From sequence record PZ452579.1: a stretch of 64,000 bases of DNA. One strand, written 5' to 3'. The position numbers and the translations under genes were made by a program. Below the pieces are notes generated by a model, which did no database searches, was not told the origin of the DNA, and was given only the letters and a program-made list of their open reading frames with translations. This DNA comes from a phage. Each line of letters begins with the position of its first letter. Position 1 is the first letter of the stretch. Positions 21,247 through 30,874 of the stretch are shown here, piece by piece.

Positions 21247-21804
21247 TTAAAGATGAAGATACCACCCGTTGTAGTTGCTCTTGCGGACGATTTTCTTTAG
21301 GTCTTCATGGTCTCCCACGAACTTTATAGAATAAGAGAAGACGTCAGGTGAGGTTTCTTTGACATCTAATATAATAATGCAATCTGCGACTCGATGGTTC
21401 AAGAAGGGCCCTATATTGATTCCATTACCACCAGGATAATCACCACTGTATCCTGTGGTAACCGAAATCCATTTAGAATCTATCTGGTGCGTCTTGACTT
21501 CGACACGCAACCCGCAGTATTTAGGATGAGCTAACACGTCCCATGCATACGTGTACGGGTCTTCTACGTCTTCATTACCTTTATTAACATATCCGTCTAG
21601 CCAATTTGCTACTACATACTCTGCAAAGACTGCAACCTTACAACGTCGAACAACGTCTTCTTTTATTTGACCTGGATCTTGTTTCAACGAGTACCGAGCA
21701 GTATCAGCGATCTTAACCTTCATTTCGCTAGTCAAAAACTCATTCGACAGGATAAATGTCGGAAGACTCTTCAGCCTCAACAGCCCCAAGTTCGTCTTTA
21801 CCAT
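21247..21804 (-). CDS. denB: endonuclease IV-like protein (denB position)
   Basis: Start chosen at internal ATG (MVKTNLGLLRL...) with SD GAGGT, giving 185 aa as in T4 DenB; assignment by position and size. Confidence 0.6.
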   Translation of the reverse strand: MVKTNLGLLRLKSLPTFILSNEFLTSEMKVKIADTARYSLKQDPGQIKEDVVRRCKVAVFAEYVVANWLDGYVNKGNEDVEDPYTYAWDVLAHPKYCGLRVEVKTHQIDSKWISVTTGYSGDYPGGNGINIGPFLNHRVADCIIILDVKETSPDVFSYSIKFVGDHEDLKKIVRKSNYNGWYLHL

Positions 21805-22027
21805 AGATACCTCTGATGTGTAGTTCACCAAAATAAATGCGGTCACCTTCTTCAAGATATTCTGCATCTACAGGCGGAATTTCAATAACAACTTCGTCGC
21901 ATTCTAACCAGCCGTAGTGTGCATCGCCAGGATGTTTTACCAATTTAGCACAATAAACTGATTTACACTTATGATGACCACGAAGATTAGCAATTTTGGA
22001 TTCTGATACGTCAAATGGATGAATCAT
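21740..22027 (-). CDS. hypothetical protein (denB.1 position)
   Basis: 95-aa ORF; overlaps the chosen denB start by about 65 nt, so boundaries are uncertain. Confidence 0.35.
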   Translation of the reverse strand: MIHPFDVSESKIANLRGHHKCKSVYCAKLVKHPGDAHYGWLECDEVVIEIPPVDAEYLEEGDRIYFGELHIRGIYGKDELGAVEAEESSDIYPVE

Positions 22028-22068
22028 AATTACCCCTAAAGAAAAAAGGGGGCCGAAGTCCCCAATTA

Positions 22069-23004
22069 TTATTCTGCAAATAATTCAGTAACGTCTGAAA
22101 TTACTTCGTAACGACAAGTACGCATCTTAGCATCACCATAGTCAACTGGGATAGACACAACATCACGTGGATGAACTTTAACCTTAACAACTTTATCTGA
22201 GCTAGAACCAAAGTAACGAATATATGATTTAGCACAAACATGTAGACCACGTGAGCAGGTTTGAGTATCATCATCGTTAACACGAGTACGAGGCATTGAA
22301 ACAACTTTACCAGGCGAGTTATCAAATGTGCCGCTATAGCAATCTAAATAGTCTTTACGAACTACTTTCCACGCATAGAAATGCCCATCTTCAGTGATTT
22401 CAATATCATTTGCAACCAAGAAGTCGAATAAACGTTGTACAGCTTTTTCGCTTGGGTTTTCTAACAGGTTTTCAAGGAACGGCAGATAGAATTTAAAGTC
22501 TTCGCCTTTTTCCATAGAATCAATAATACGATTAACCAGTCCTGAACGAATTTCTATACCTTGATAAAATAAACTACCACCTTCAATAGTAACATTACCG
22601 TCAACAAACTTAGTAATAGCTTTCTTGATGTTAATAAGTTCGACAGCTTTACTAAGGTTTCCTGCGACCAAATTAGCTTTAATTTCTTCAAAATTTGCAT
22701 GACTTGATGGGGTCGCATTGTATGCTACGCGTCCTTCAATGATTGAAATAAATTTAGATGACGCGTTCCATACGATTTCTGGACGATGACCGGTAATAAT
22801 AGGTTCATTATTTTCTGGGACCTGTTCTTCGTCTTCAAATTCAGCTGCTTTCTCTTCATCTTTAAAATTCTTAACAATCTTACGAAGAGTATCTGTTGAA
22901 ATGTCGAAGTAATCGGCAATTTCTTTACGAGTCCATTTGCCCGATTCAACCAGGCCGTAAGCTTCTAACTGTTCTTCTTGGGACAAGCATTTGATATTGT
23001 ACAT
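22069..23004 (-). CDS. rIIB: rIIB protein
   Basis: 311 aa; MYNIKCLSQEEQ...FYLPFLENLLENPSEKAVQRLFDFLVANDIEITEDGHFYAWKVVR matches T4 rIIB. Confidence 0.95.
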   Translation of the reverse strand: MYNIKCLSQEEQLEAYGLVESGKWTRKEIADYFDISTDTLRKIVKNFKDEEKAAEFEDEEQVPENNEPIITGHRPEIVWNASSKFISIIEGRVAYNATPSSHANFEEIKANLVAGNLSKAVELINIKKAITKFVDGNVTIEGGSLFYQGIEIRSGLVNRIIDSMEKGEDFKFYLPFLENLLENPSEKAVQRLFDFLVANDIEITEDGHFYAWKVVRKDYLDCYSGTFDNSPGKVVSMPRTRVNDDDTQTCSRGLHVCAKSYIRYFGSSSDKVVKVKVHPRDVVSIPVDYGDAKMRTCRYEVISDVTELFAE

Positions 23005-23013
23005 AATGTTTCC

Positions 23014-25227
23014 TTATTTGGCCGCTTCCACGGCCTTCATGAATTTAACGATTTGAGCGACTTGTTCTTTAGAAAGAGTACCACGTCGTCCCATGTAGTC
23101 TGACACAATATGATAATTGGTTTCGAATTCAATAACCATTTTATCATCATTATCGTAAGCATTATCTTTAAGCTTATCGAAAATTTTAGCACACAATTCT
23201 AACTTCCTGTTCAGGTCTCTGTTATCAGCACCTGCGAATCGATTCCATCCCCAACGATTATTTACTGTTGAAAGTTTTGCAAAATCTTTACTTATTTCTT
23301 TGTTCTTAGAGCTAAAATACTTACTAAGGAAGTTAAGCTCTTCATTACGAGTAATATGATTCAAATAAGGCTGTGCTCTACGACTTGGTGATACATACTC
23401 ATCATAATCCACTTTATCAATTAGCGTAATATAGTCATTAATTGATTTTTCGAACAAGCATTCTACTTCACCAAGTTTACGAACTTTCTTAGCAATCTGT
23501 GGACGGACTACAGTGAACTCTTTAATACCTGACAAATCAGCGATGCGGGTCAAGAAATTAGAATCATAGTTCAACCAACCTTTATCTGCGTCAAGACATT
23601 CAGCGTTAGAACGATTACGAATTACAACATAACCTTGAATCTCATCAGCTTCACTCGCTGGAATAAAGAGATCTTCTGATACCCAAACATCGTTTTCATT
23701 CTTAAAGAACCGATGAGCGCTTGGGGATTTAGGACGAGGCTGCGATGAACGTTCTTTAACTTCAATCCATGGTTTAACTAATGCAAGAATTTCAGAGGTC
23801 TTATAAAATTTAAGGCTATCACCAGCGAAAATAACCTTTAATCGTTCCAGAAGTTTCATTGCAACTTCATCTTCCGGGTTAATGAATAATACGCTACTAC
23901 CCAGTCCGGAAGGAACCTTATCAACGAGTGTTGATGCATCCGTGGAAGTCAAAGCATCATTCAGAGCACGCATCATTGGTACTCGGCCTTTCACATCGTC
24001 AATAACAATATCAATATGCTTACGACTAATACCTAGCAGGCTATTAATTGAAATAGTTGCAGACGAGCTTCCGCTTTCACGAATACGACGAAGTCGTGGG
24101 TCTGAAACGATATCGTATACAACACCAAGGTTGCACCATTCGGGACCCATTTTAAACCGTTTGTACAACTCAGAATAAGTTAGCTGTTCTTTAGAATATT
24201 TCAGTGATTCAATATTAGAACCAGCTTTTTCCATGTATTTACGAGCAGAGTAACCAAGAGAATCGATTTCACGGAATACATGACGTGGATATTCACAATC
24301 AATCCATTTCTTAGAATCTTCAGCAAATAATTTTGCATCAATTTCTGCAACACGTTTATGGATATTTGCTACTGTACGTTTATCAAATGACAATGCTTCA
24401 CGAGACGGAGCTACATCTAGTTCACCCATAGGGAATTTAATATAAGCTGTAGTGCATCGCGTCATCATCCATGTTTGTTCTTTAATAACACTTCCGATTG
24501 GATATACAATACCACCATAAACAGCCATGATATTACCACGTTCACCCCATGGAGCTTCCTTGGCTAAATAAACATCATCGAATTCCGGGAAGTATTTGAT
24601 ATCTTTAACACCACGAACTTCTGCAATATCGCCGAGAGGACGCATAACATAAGCAATTTCGGATGCGAACTTTTCAAAATCTTCTGGGTTAACAGGCACA
24701 ACTACTTCAACGCCGGTTCGGTCATCAGGACCCATCTTATCTACGAAGGTTGGCTTAATTTGTGGACCTGTGTCATCTTGGTAGATTACGTAACCACGAA
24801 CTTCACCGTTGTGATAAGACGTAAGGTTAAATGTATCGGTATATGCTAGTGGAGCTTTAGAGCCGAGTCCGAATCCACCAATGAAATCGTTACTCGATGT
24901 TTTAGTTGAAGCAAAATATGAATTATAGATTCCTGGCTCTTCGTCATTACCTCGAATAGTGAAATCACTCATACCAGGACCAAAGTCTCGAACTACAAAA
25001 CGTGGGTCTAAACGACCTGGAGCCTGAACAATAAACTTATCAGTGCAACCATTAAGAATTTGTCCATCGATACAGTTTGTGATTAATTCACGTACACAAG
25101 CCAATTCTTTGTTTGTATAAAGGTCATTAGACAAAATCTTATAAACTTTGCTATTGCCTTGAATAGTGAATGCTGTGCTCTTACCGCCTGAACCAATAAT
25201 CGTTTCTTTAGCCGTTTCAATAATCAT
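23014..25227 (-). CDS. rIIA: rIIA protein
   Basis: 737 aa; MIIETAKETIIGSGGKSTAFTIQGNSKVYKILSNDLYTNK... T4 rIIA pattern. Confidence 0.95.
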   Translation of the reverse strand: MIIETAKETIIGSGGKSTAFTIQGNSKVYKILSNDLYTNKELACVRELITNCIDGQILNGCTDKFIVQAPGRLDPRFVVRDFGPGMSDFTIRGNDEEPGIYNSYFASTKTSSNDFIGGFGLGSKAPLAYTDTFNLTSYHNGEVRGYVIYQDDTGPQIKPTFVDKMGPDDRTGVEVVVPVNPEDFEKFASEIAYVMRPLGDIAEVRGVKDIKYFPEFDDVYLAKEAPWGERGNIMAVYGGIVYPIGSVIKEQTWMMTRCTTAYIKFPMGELDVAPSREALSFDKRTVANIHKRVAEIDAKLFAEDSKKWIDCEYPRHVFREIDSLGYSARKYMEKAGSNIESLKYSKEQLTYSELYKRFKMGPEWCNLGVVYDIVSDPRLRRIRESGSSSATISINSLLGISRKHIDIVIDDVKGRVPMMRALNDALTSTDASTLVDKVPSGLGSSVLFINPEDEVAMKLLERLKVIFAGDSLKFYKTSEILALVKPWIEVKERSSQPRPKSPSAHRFFKNENDVWVSEDLFIPASEADEIQGYVVIRNRSNAECLDADKGWLNYDSNFLTRIADLSGIKEFTVVRPQIAKKVRKLGEVECLFEKSINDYITLIDKVDYDEYVSPSRRAQPYLNHITRNEELNFLSKYFSSKNKEISKDFAKLSTVNNRWGWNRFAGADNRDLNRKLELCAKIFDKLKDNAYDNDDKMVIEFETNYHIVSDYMGRRGTLSKEQVAQIVKFMKAVEAAK

Positions 25228-25239
25228 ATTTTTCTCTCA

Positions 25240-25440
25240 TCACAAGTTACGTTTAAAAATTTCTGCTACTTCAAGAAGTTCTTCTTTAGTAGCTGTATCG
25301 GTTTGTATTTTATATCGAATTTCTTTAAAGCGTTCTTTAAAGGACTCTGCTGATTCGATATCAAAAAATCTTTGGATAAGCCGGAATTCCCGGAGCACTG
25401 CTTTATCAAAAAGTTCCAAGTCCACGTTATATGTTCTCAT
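25240..25440 (-). CDS. hypothetical protein (rIIA.1 position)
   Basis: 66-aa ORF immediately upstream of rIIA. Confidence 0.6.
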   Translation of the reverse strand: MRTYNVDLELFDKAVLREFRLIQRFFDIESAESFKERFKEIRYKIQTDTATKEELLEVAEIFKRNL

Positions 25441-25532
25441 AATATTCTCTTCAGTAGATTCCTAGGGCACTATTACTAAAGACCATATAATCTATCATCT
25501 TATGTGTAATAGTGCCTCAGGCTATTCAGGAT

Positions 25533-26633
25533 TTACGCTGTGAAGATTTTATCCCACATCGCAACAACTGCATCTCGGTTATACTTCTTCCATACTGCTT
25601 CAGCACGTTTAACTCGAGCTTCGTACGTGTCAGTGAATTCTAATACAGCTTTTGTGTAAAGCGCAACTACTTCTTTCTTAGGAGTAGAGGAATCAATTTC
25701 TACACGCACAGTATCTGGGTCGTATTCAAATGTCGCATGAGGATAATCCTTAAAAACTAACTGGATTACAGGGACACCTTTAGAGATGGCTTCAATAGAA
25801 CTATTCTCTACCGTACCTGTGTCAGGACACGTATTAATAAGTGCTTTAGCTGTTTTAAGACGTTCCATGATTTCACTGTGTGGAGCATCAATAATAACAG
25901 GATACTTAGCCGGTGGTGCCCATTTGCTTGGACAATAACCAATACCATTTTCGCCTAGTGCTTTAATCGCTTCAAGAGCAACATCAGTACGACGCATTTT
26001 AGTGTCATAACGTTGTGCACTAATAATCAGATCAGTCGCCGGAAGAACTTCAGGTTTCTCATTCAAACAAATAACCGGATAATCTTCGGCTTCAAACAAC
26101 GGATTTGCTCGCCAATAATCATAATCAATTTTGTCAGTCAGACCTGAAGTCATATGACAATATTTGCGTTCAAATTCACGGAAGGCTTTAGTAGGAGCAT
26201 AACTCTTACCACCATTCTTATGAATTTGAATAGTCTGGTCCCAAATTTGAACAATGCCACGAGATACCGGTTCAAATGGTGTTGCCATAAAATTCTTATG
26301 AACTTTAGAGAGACCTGCGTCTTTAATTGCCTGAACGGTTAGTTTAGTCGGTTCCATAGTAACAACAAAATCGTATTCATGGATGCCGGCTAGTTCAACA
26401 ATCTTACGAGCCATAGTATAACTCATACCTAGACTGAATTTAGTCAGATGACCAACAGGATGATGATTAACTTTCCAATCACCAAATGTGTCATTATCAA
26501 AACCGATATAATCAATATCGGCACCAATAGAAACTAAATATTTCAACACATTTAAATGTACTGCTTCAAGACCACCTTGTACACGGTCAGGATTAAATGG
26601 GACTGCACGAGATGGGATAAACATAACTTTCAT
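25533..26633 (-). CDS. putative DNA-modifying glycosyltransferase (candidate hmC sugar transferase)
   Basis: 366 aa MKVMFIPSRAVPFNPDRVQGGLEAVHLNVLKYL...; sits between rIIA.1 and gene 39 where T4 has gene 60/mobA; GT assignment rests on position and recalled RB69-type literature, not on a visible motif. Confidence 0.55.
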   Translation of the reverse strand: MKVMFIPSRAVPFNPDRVQGGLEAVHLNVLKYLVSIGADIDYIGFDNDTFGDWKVNHHPVGHLTKFSLGMSYTMARKIVELAGIHEYDFVVTMEPTKLTVQAIKDAGLSKVHKNFMATPFEPVSRGIVQIWDQTIQIHKNGGKSYAPTKAFREFERKYCHMTSGLTDKIDYDYWRANPLFEAEDYPVICLNEKPEVLPATDLIISAQRYDTKMRRTDVALEAIKALGENGIGYCPSKWAPPAKYPVIIDAPHSEIMERLKTAKALINTCPDTGTVENSSIEAISKGVPVIQLVFKDYPHATFEYDPDTVRVEIDSSTPKKEVVALYTKAVLEFTDTYEARVKRAEAVWKKYNRDAVVAMWDKIFTA

Positions 26634-26675
26634 AATTAAGCCTTATTAAAATTAAAATGAAGCTCCCGAAGGAGC

Positions 26676-28493
26676 TTAGGACATCCATTCTTTACGAAGT
26701 TCTGAATCATCACCCATCAACATTTCAAAGAGTTCTTTCCAATTTTCAGGAAGTTTAACTACGTCGTACACAGGGTTCTGAATCATTTCACGATATTCTG
26801 ACTTTTCAAGGGAGCCTAATCCCTTGATGTATCGAATACTATGCTTAGGAAGCGTATCTTTAACTTCTTCATACTCAGCTACAGTATAAAACCATTTTTG
26901 AGTTTTGCCAATTTGTGCAATAATTACAGGTGTTTTAACAAAGCGAATACGTCCTTGTTCAAACAATTCAGGCCAATTACTAAAGAAAGCAAGCAAAGCC
27001 GGATAGATACTTCCAAGACCGTCATGATCGGCATCGGTCATAATTGCAATATTACGATAGTTCGTATTCTCTGCCTTTTCACCAAGAATAAGACCCGTGA
27101 TAGCACAGATATCAAAGAGCTCTTTGTTCTTCATCATATCAGCATATGACATACCCCAGCTATTCATCACCTTACCACGTAATGGGAATCCACCGTGTAG
27201 TTCACGGTCACGAACATCAATGAGATAACCAATTGCCGAATCACCTTCTGTTAAGAACAATGTCGTATCTGCATCTTTACCACATTGGTTAGCTTTAATA
27301 TGCTTATGAACCTTAGCTTTAGTTGCCTTTTTAGCTGCTTTAGTTTCTGCAGCCTTTTCTGCCGCCAATTTACGAGCTAATGCGGCTTCAACAATAGGCA
27401 TAATCAAGGCTTCGTTTTTAAGAAGTGCCTGAGCAATTTTCTTAGCATCTAATTGGATATGATTACGAATATCACCATACGTTGACGTTAAACGTTCTTT
27501 AGTCTGAGAATCAAAACGCATGTTGCTCATGTCTCTAATAAACATCAACATTGTGAGACATTCTTTAACACGAGCTTTAGTGACTTCAATACCCTTATAT
27601 TTCTTTTTAATACCGGGCAAAAGATGTTCGCAGATATCATCCATTACACATTCAACATGATGACCACCATTTTTAGTATGGATGTTATTCACATAAGTTA
27701 AATGACGGAAGCCATCTGGTGATGTTGTGAATGCTATAGAGACTTTATCATTTTCTTGAATGATGTTATCTTCACCAAATTGTTTAGCAAATCGTTTAAA
27801 ATTACCATCAACCTTTTTACCATTAAATGTGAACTTGATATCAGGATAAACGACTGCCAATGTTTGAAGTCGGTCTAAAGTAATATCTAAATAAATTTGA
27901 GATAAATTATGCTCTTCAAATGAAGTGAAATCAGGAGTGAAGATTACTTTAGTGCCTTTACCTTTAGATTTCTTAGAAGACCATGATTTGTTTTCCATTC
28001 CGTTTGAACAGTTAACAGTGATTTCATTTTCGCCATCTGACGTGATGCCTGTAAACAACGTAGAGAAGATATTAGTTAAACTACTCCCGACGCCGTTCAT
28101 ACCACCAGTCTTGCGTTCAGAGTCATCACCAAAGTTACCACCGGCCTTTGGAATAGTCCAGGCTGCTACAGGCCCAGGAATTTGTTCACCTGTTTGGTCG
28201 GTAACTAAACCTTGAGGAATACCACGTCCGTTATCTTCCACCGAAACTTGATTATTTTTAATTTGCACATCAATTTTATTTGCAAACTTAAATGACGTAC
28301 GAATAGCTTCATCAACCGAGTTGTCAATAATCTCATCGATTAATTTAACCAGACCAGGAACATATTCAACTTGTTGATATTTACCAAACAAAAAACGCTC
28401 ATGTGCTTCTTTAGCAGAAGAACCAATATACATACCACTACGTTTCTTAATATGTTCTACATCTGATAATACCTTAATTTCATTTTTAATCAT
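26676..28493 (-). CDS. 39: DNA topoisomerase II large subunit, single uninterrupted gene (T4 39 + 60 equivalent, GyrB-like)
   Basis: 605 aa; MIKNEIKVLSDVEHIKKRSGMYIGS... GHKL ATPase plus TOPRIM region in one ORF. Confidence 0.95.
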   Translation of the reverse strand: MIKNEIKVLSDVEHIKKRSGMYIGSSAKEAHERFLFGKYQQVEYVPGLVKLIDEIIDNSVDEAIRTSFKFANKIDVQIKNNQVSVEDNGRGIPQGLVTDQTGEQIPGPVAAWTIPKAGGNFGDDSERKTGGMNGVGSSLTNIFSTLFTGITSDGENEITVNCSNGMENKSWSSKKSKGKGTKVIFTPDFTSFEEHNLSQIYLDITLDRLQTLAVVYPDIKFTFNGKKVDGNFKRFAKQFGEDNIIQENDKVSIAFTTSPDGFRHLTYVNNIHTKNGGHHVECVMDDICEHLLPGIKKKYKGIEVTKARVKECLTMLMFIRDMSNMRFDSQTKERLTSTYGDIRNHIQLDAKKIAQALLKNEALIMPIVEAALARKLAAEKAAETKAAKKATKAKVHKHIKANQCGKDADTTLFLTEGDSAIGYLIDVRDRELHGGFPLRGKVMNSWGMSYADMMKNKELFDICAITGLILGEKAENTNYRNIAIMTDADHDGLGSIYPALLAFFSNWPELFEQGRIRFVKTPVIIAQIGKTQKWFYTVAEYEEVKDTLPKHSIRYIKGLGSLEKSEYREMIQNPVYDVVKLPENWKELFEMLMGDDSELRKEWMS

Positions 28494-28538
28494 GTTGTCT
28501 CCTCGTTATGAAGGTATTCTATCATCCGAAATCTAAAG

Positions 28539-28556
28539 CAAAAAGGGCCGAAGCCC
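28539..28556 (-). terminator. rho-independent terminator
   Basis: GGGC-ttcg-GCCC hairpin followed by TTTTT on minus strand. Confidence 0.5.
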
Positions 28557-28982
28557 TTATTTAAATTTAATTTTCTGAAGTGCATCAATTGCAGCCAAAC
28601 GCCCTTGTTCACTTTTAACTGTAATGACTACATCGCCTGATACGATCACCGAACCATCAACAAATTCTATAGAGCCTTTTTTGAAATCGACAGCTGTATC
28701 TGGTTCCGGAACTTCTTCAAAGAATTTAAATTCTGCACCATAAAGCAGAATATCACCTTGCATACTATGAATAGTTCGGCCGTAATCGCCTACGGCTTCT
28801 ACAGCAATAATCGAAACGCCGTAACCAATCATCTCTTCCACAATAAAATCTTTGGACAATAAAGTAGTATGCAGATTAGTATTAAGACGTTTACCAGTCG
28901 TATTAAGAATTCTCAAGAAATTATCTTCCTGTCCTTTGATAATACGATATTTCTTACCAACTTCAAAACCTTTAAAAGCCAT
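28557..28982 (-). CDS. hypothetical protein (39-adjacent; goF-like by position)
   Basis: 141-aa ORF. Confidence 0.5.
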   Translation of the reverse strand: MAFKGFEVGKKYRIIKGQEDNFLRILNTTGKRLNTNLHTTLLSKDFIVEEMIGYGVSIIAVEAVGDYGRTIHSMQGDILLYGAEFKFFEEVPEPDTAVDFKKGSIEFVDGSVIVSGDVVITVKSEQGRLAAIDALQKIKFK

Positions 28983-28984
28983 AA

Positions 28985-29164
28985 TTAACCCTTCTTAAGT
29001 AAGTCGTAAAAACCACCGTTCACATGTTTAGGAGCAGAAACCCGACGAGTAGACAGACGATGACATTCAGGGCAAACATCGTTTTCTCGTTCAGAAATTC
29101 TTTTAATTTTTTCATATTCATGACCACAATCTTCAGATTGGCATTTATAGTCGTATAACGGCAT
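28985..29164 (-). CDS. FmdB-family zinc-ribbon protein (not in ORF track)
   Basis: 59 aa MPLYDYKCQSEDCGHEYEKIKRISERENDVCPECHRLSTRRVSAPKHVNGGFYDLLKKG; CxxC...CxxC zinc ribbon. Confidence 0.6.
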   Translation of the reverse strand: MPLYDYKCQSEDCGHEYEKIKRISERENDVCPECHRLSTRRVSAPKHVNGGFYDLLKKG

Positions 29165-29166
29165 TA

Positions 29167-29595
29167 TTATTCCTTAAAATGTGCTTTCAACATTTGATAC
29201 AAAGACCATGCCTGGTCATTATTTTTGATAGTAATCGTCATCACAGGAAATTCAGACAATTCATCAAGTTCACCAGAATCTTGCTCTTCGGACGCTTGAT
29301 ACGGATTTCCAACTTCGTCAAAGAACTCTGCTTCATTCGTGGAAAGCCAGATAAAGTTTTCATCAAGGATATCACCGCCTGTTGCGTATCCAACCATGCC
29401 AGTAGATGTCACAATTTTAGTAGGACGTCCAAGATGGTCAACATCTAATACTTTAAATGGTTCCATGCCAAGACGTCGTGCATAAATCCCATTATCAGTG
29501 TGGTCTTTAATAAACTCTTCTTGGGCACGTTTATCTTTAAATTGGTACCATGAGTTAACGCGGAATTTATTAGCCATTAGTAAGTTTCCTTCCAA
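29167..29595 (-). CDS. hypothetical protein
   Basis: 142-aa ORF. Confidence 0.5.
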   Translation of the reverse strand: MEGNLLMANKFRVNSWYQFKDKRAQEEFIKDHTDNGIYARRLGMEPFKVLDVDHLGRPTKIVTSTGMVGYATGGDILDENFIWLSTNEAEFFDEVGNPYQASEEQDSGELDELSEFPVMTITIKNNDQAWSLYQMLKAHFKE

Positions 29596-29849
29596 TAAGT
29601 TGTACCGTTTTCAGTGATTTCACGGAAGATACCATAGATAGGCATTTCATCACCGAGTTTTTCGTAAACGTAAACCACTTCGGTGTAGCATAAAAATTCG
29701 GTCCAGTTTTTCTGTACAACAACTAAATCAGGATTAAACAGAACATCTTCAAACTCATCGATGTTTGAATCAGTAGTTACGTTTTTAATGATTTGACGTT
29801 TCATAATATTCTCCTCTTGTTTTGATAGGTCTATAGTATCATAGACCAT
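29577..29849 (-). CDS. hypothetical protein
   Basis: 90-aa ORF. Confidence 0.5.
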   Translation of the reverse strand: MVYDTIDLSKQEENIMKRQIIKNVTTDSNIDEFEDVLFNPDLVVVQKNWTEFLCYTEVVYVYEKLGDEMPIYGIFREITENGTTYWKETY

Positions 29850-29861
29850 AGTTGTTGTACA

Positions 29862-30386
29862 TCATTTTAGCAAAATAAAATCAACTTGTTCTGCCAATGA
29901 ACGTCTGAACATTAATTGACAACTTCCGAGGATGAAATCAGGTGCTTCATAGACCGCGATGTAGTATCCTTTAGCTTTCAAGAGTTCAACATCCACCTGG
30001 TCATCAAACCATGCATAAACCGCGTCAACACTTTCAAATCCAAAATAGAACCCTTGAGCCCAATCTTCACTCAATTCAAATGTATGCTCAATTCTATAGT
30101 ATCTTAAGATATTTTGTTCAAGGAGTTTGTCTTCATTTACTGTAGGACGATTAGGGACATTATAGTTGTCGCCGTGATGGTAGAAGTTACCTGAGAGTAT
30201 TCCATGCTTATCAAGGAACTCCCATGTTTCTTCAGAGTTGTCGGTGCCCGACCAACCGTATGGCGAACGAGGTTCTTTATTCCAAGAGGTTTCCCAAATT
30301 CTGACGGCTTTACCGTCTTCGATAGCAATTCCTGGTAATGATTCACGTTGAGTACAAAAACTACGTTCTACGCGGTAAACTAACAT
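29862..30386 (-). CDS. hypothetical protein
   Basis: 174-aa ORF with own early promoter and SD inside a hairpin. Confidence 0.55.
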   Translation of the reverse strand: MLVYRVERSFCTQRESLPGIAIEDGKAVRIWETSWNKEPRSPYGWSGTDNSEETWEFLDKHGILSGNFYHHGDNYNVPNRPTVNEDKLLEQNILRYYRIEHTFELSEDWAQGFYFGFESVDAVYAWFDDQVDVELLKAKGYYIAVYEAPDFILGSCQLMFRRSLAEQVDFILLK

Positions 30387-30412
30387 ATTATTCTCCTCTG
30401 GTTGATATGGTT

Positions 30413-30441
30413 ATAATATCAAAACCAGAGGAGAAGTAAAC
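30413..30441 (-). promoter_or_regulatory. T4-type early promoter nested in SD-sequestering hairpin
   Basis: minus strand GTTTAC, 17 nt, TATTAT; 11-bp inverted repeat CTCCTCTGGTT (30393..30403) / AACCAGAGGAG (30423..30433) flanks the -10 and includes the SD. Confidence 0.55.
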
Positions 30442-30445
30442 AACT

Positions 30446-30865
30446 TTATGCGAAAGCAGCTGGGCTATATTTTTTAATTTGGAATTCAGGAACTACCATG
30501 AACTGTCCAGCGAAAACGATGTTATAAAGCTTAACACCATCTTCTACCCAACGGTCGCTAATAAATCCGGCGATTTGCTTAGTTTTCCACGGTGTTCCAT
30601 CAGTTGCCGCAGCAATAGTAAATTCATGGTCTTTTTCAACAGAAACTGATCTGCATAGTCCCCATTTGAACGCTTTTTCTTCTGGTTCAATGAATTGGCT
30701 TGAGACATAACCAATGTTACCATCAGCGTCACGAACTTTAACTTCGTTACGTCCAAAAACCGGATCACTCACAGAAAGAACTTCAACCAACTTCCCGGCA
30801 ACTTTAGAGCGAGAAGCAACGGATACATATACGTAATCACCTGTAGAGAGATTTACAATATTCAT
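30446..30865 (-). CDS. paralog A of a three-member tandem family (unknown function)
   Basis: 139 aa; C-terminal GFISDRWVEDGVKLYNIVFAGQFMVVPE shared with neighbours. Confidence 0.6.
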   Translation of the reverse strand: MNIVNLSTGDYVYVSVASRSKVAGKLVEVLSVSDPVFGRNEVKVRDADGNIGYVSSQFIEPEEKAFKWGLCRSVSVEKDHEFTIAAATDGTPWKTKQIAGFISDRWVEDGVKLYNIVFAGQFMVVPEFQIKKYSPAAFA

Positions 30866-30874
30866 AATAATTCC

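Noticed and set aside
23882-24178. Plus-strand ORFs inside rIIA, gene 39, dda, gene 43, gene 46 and other large minus-strand genes
   Set aside because: Antisense or alternate-frame ORFs within strongly supported genes
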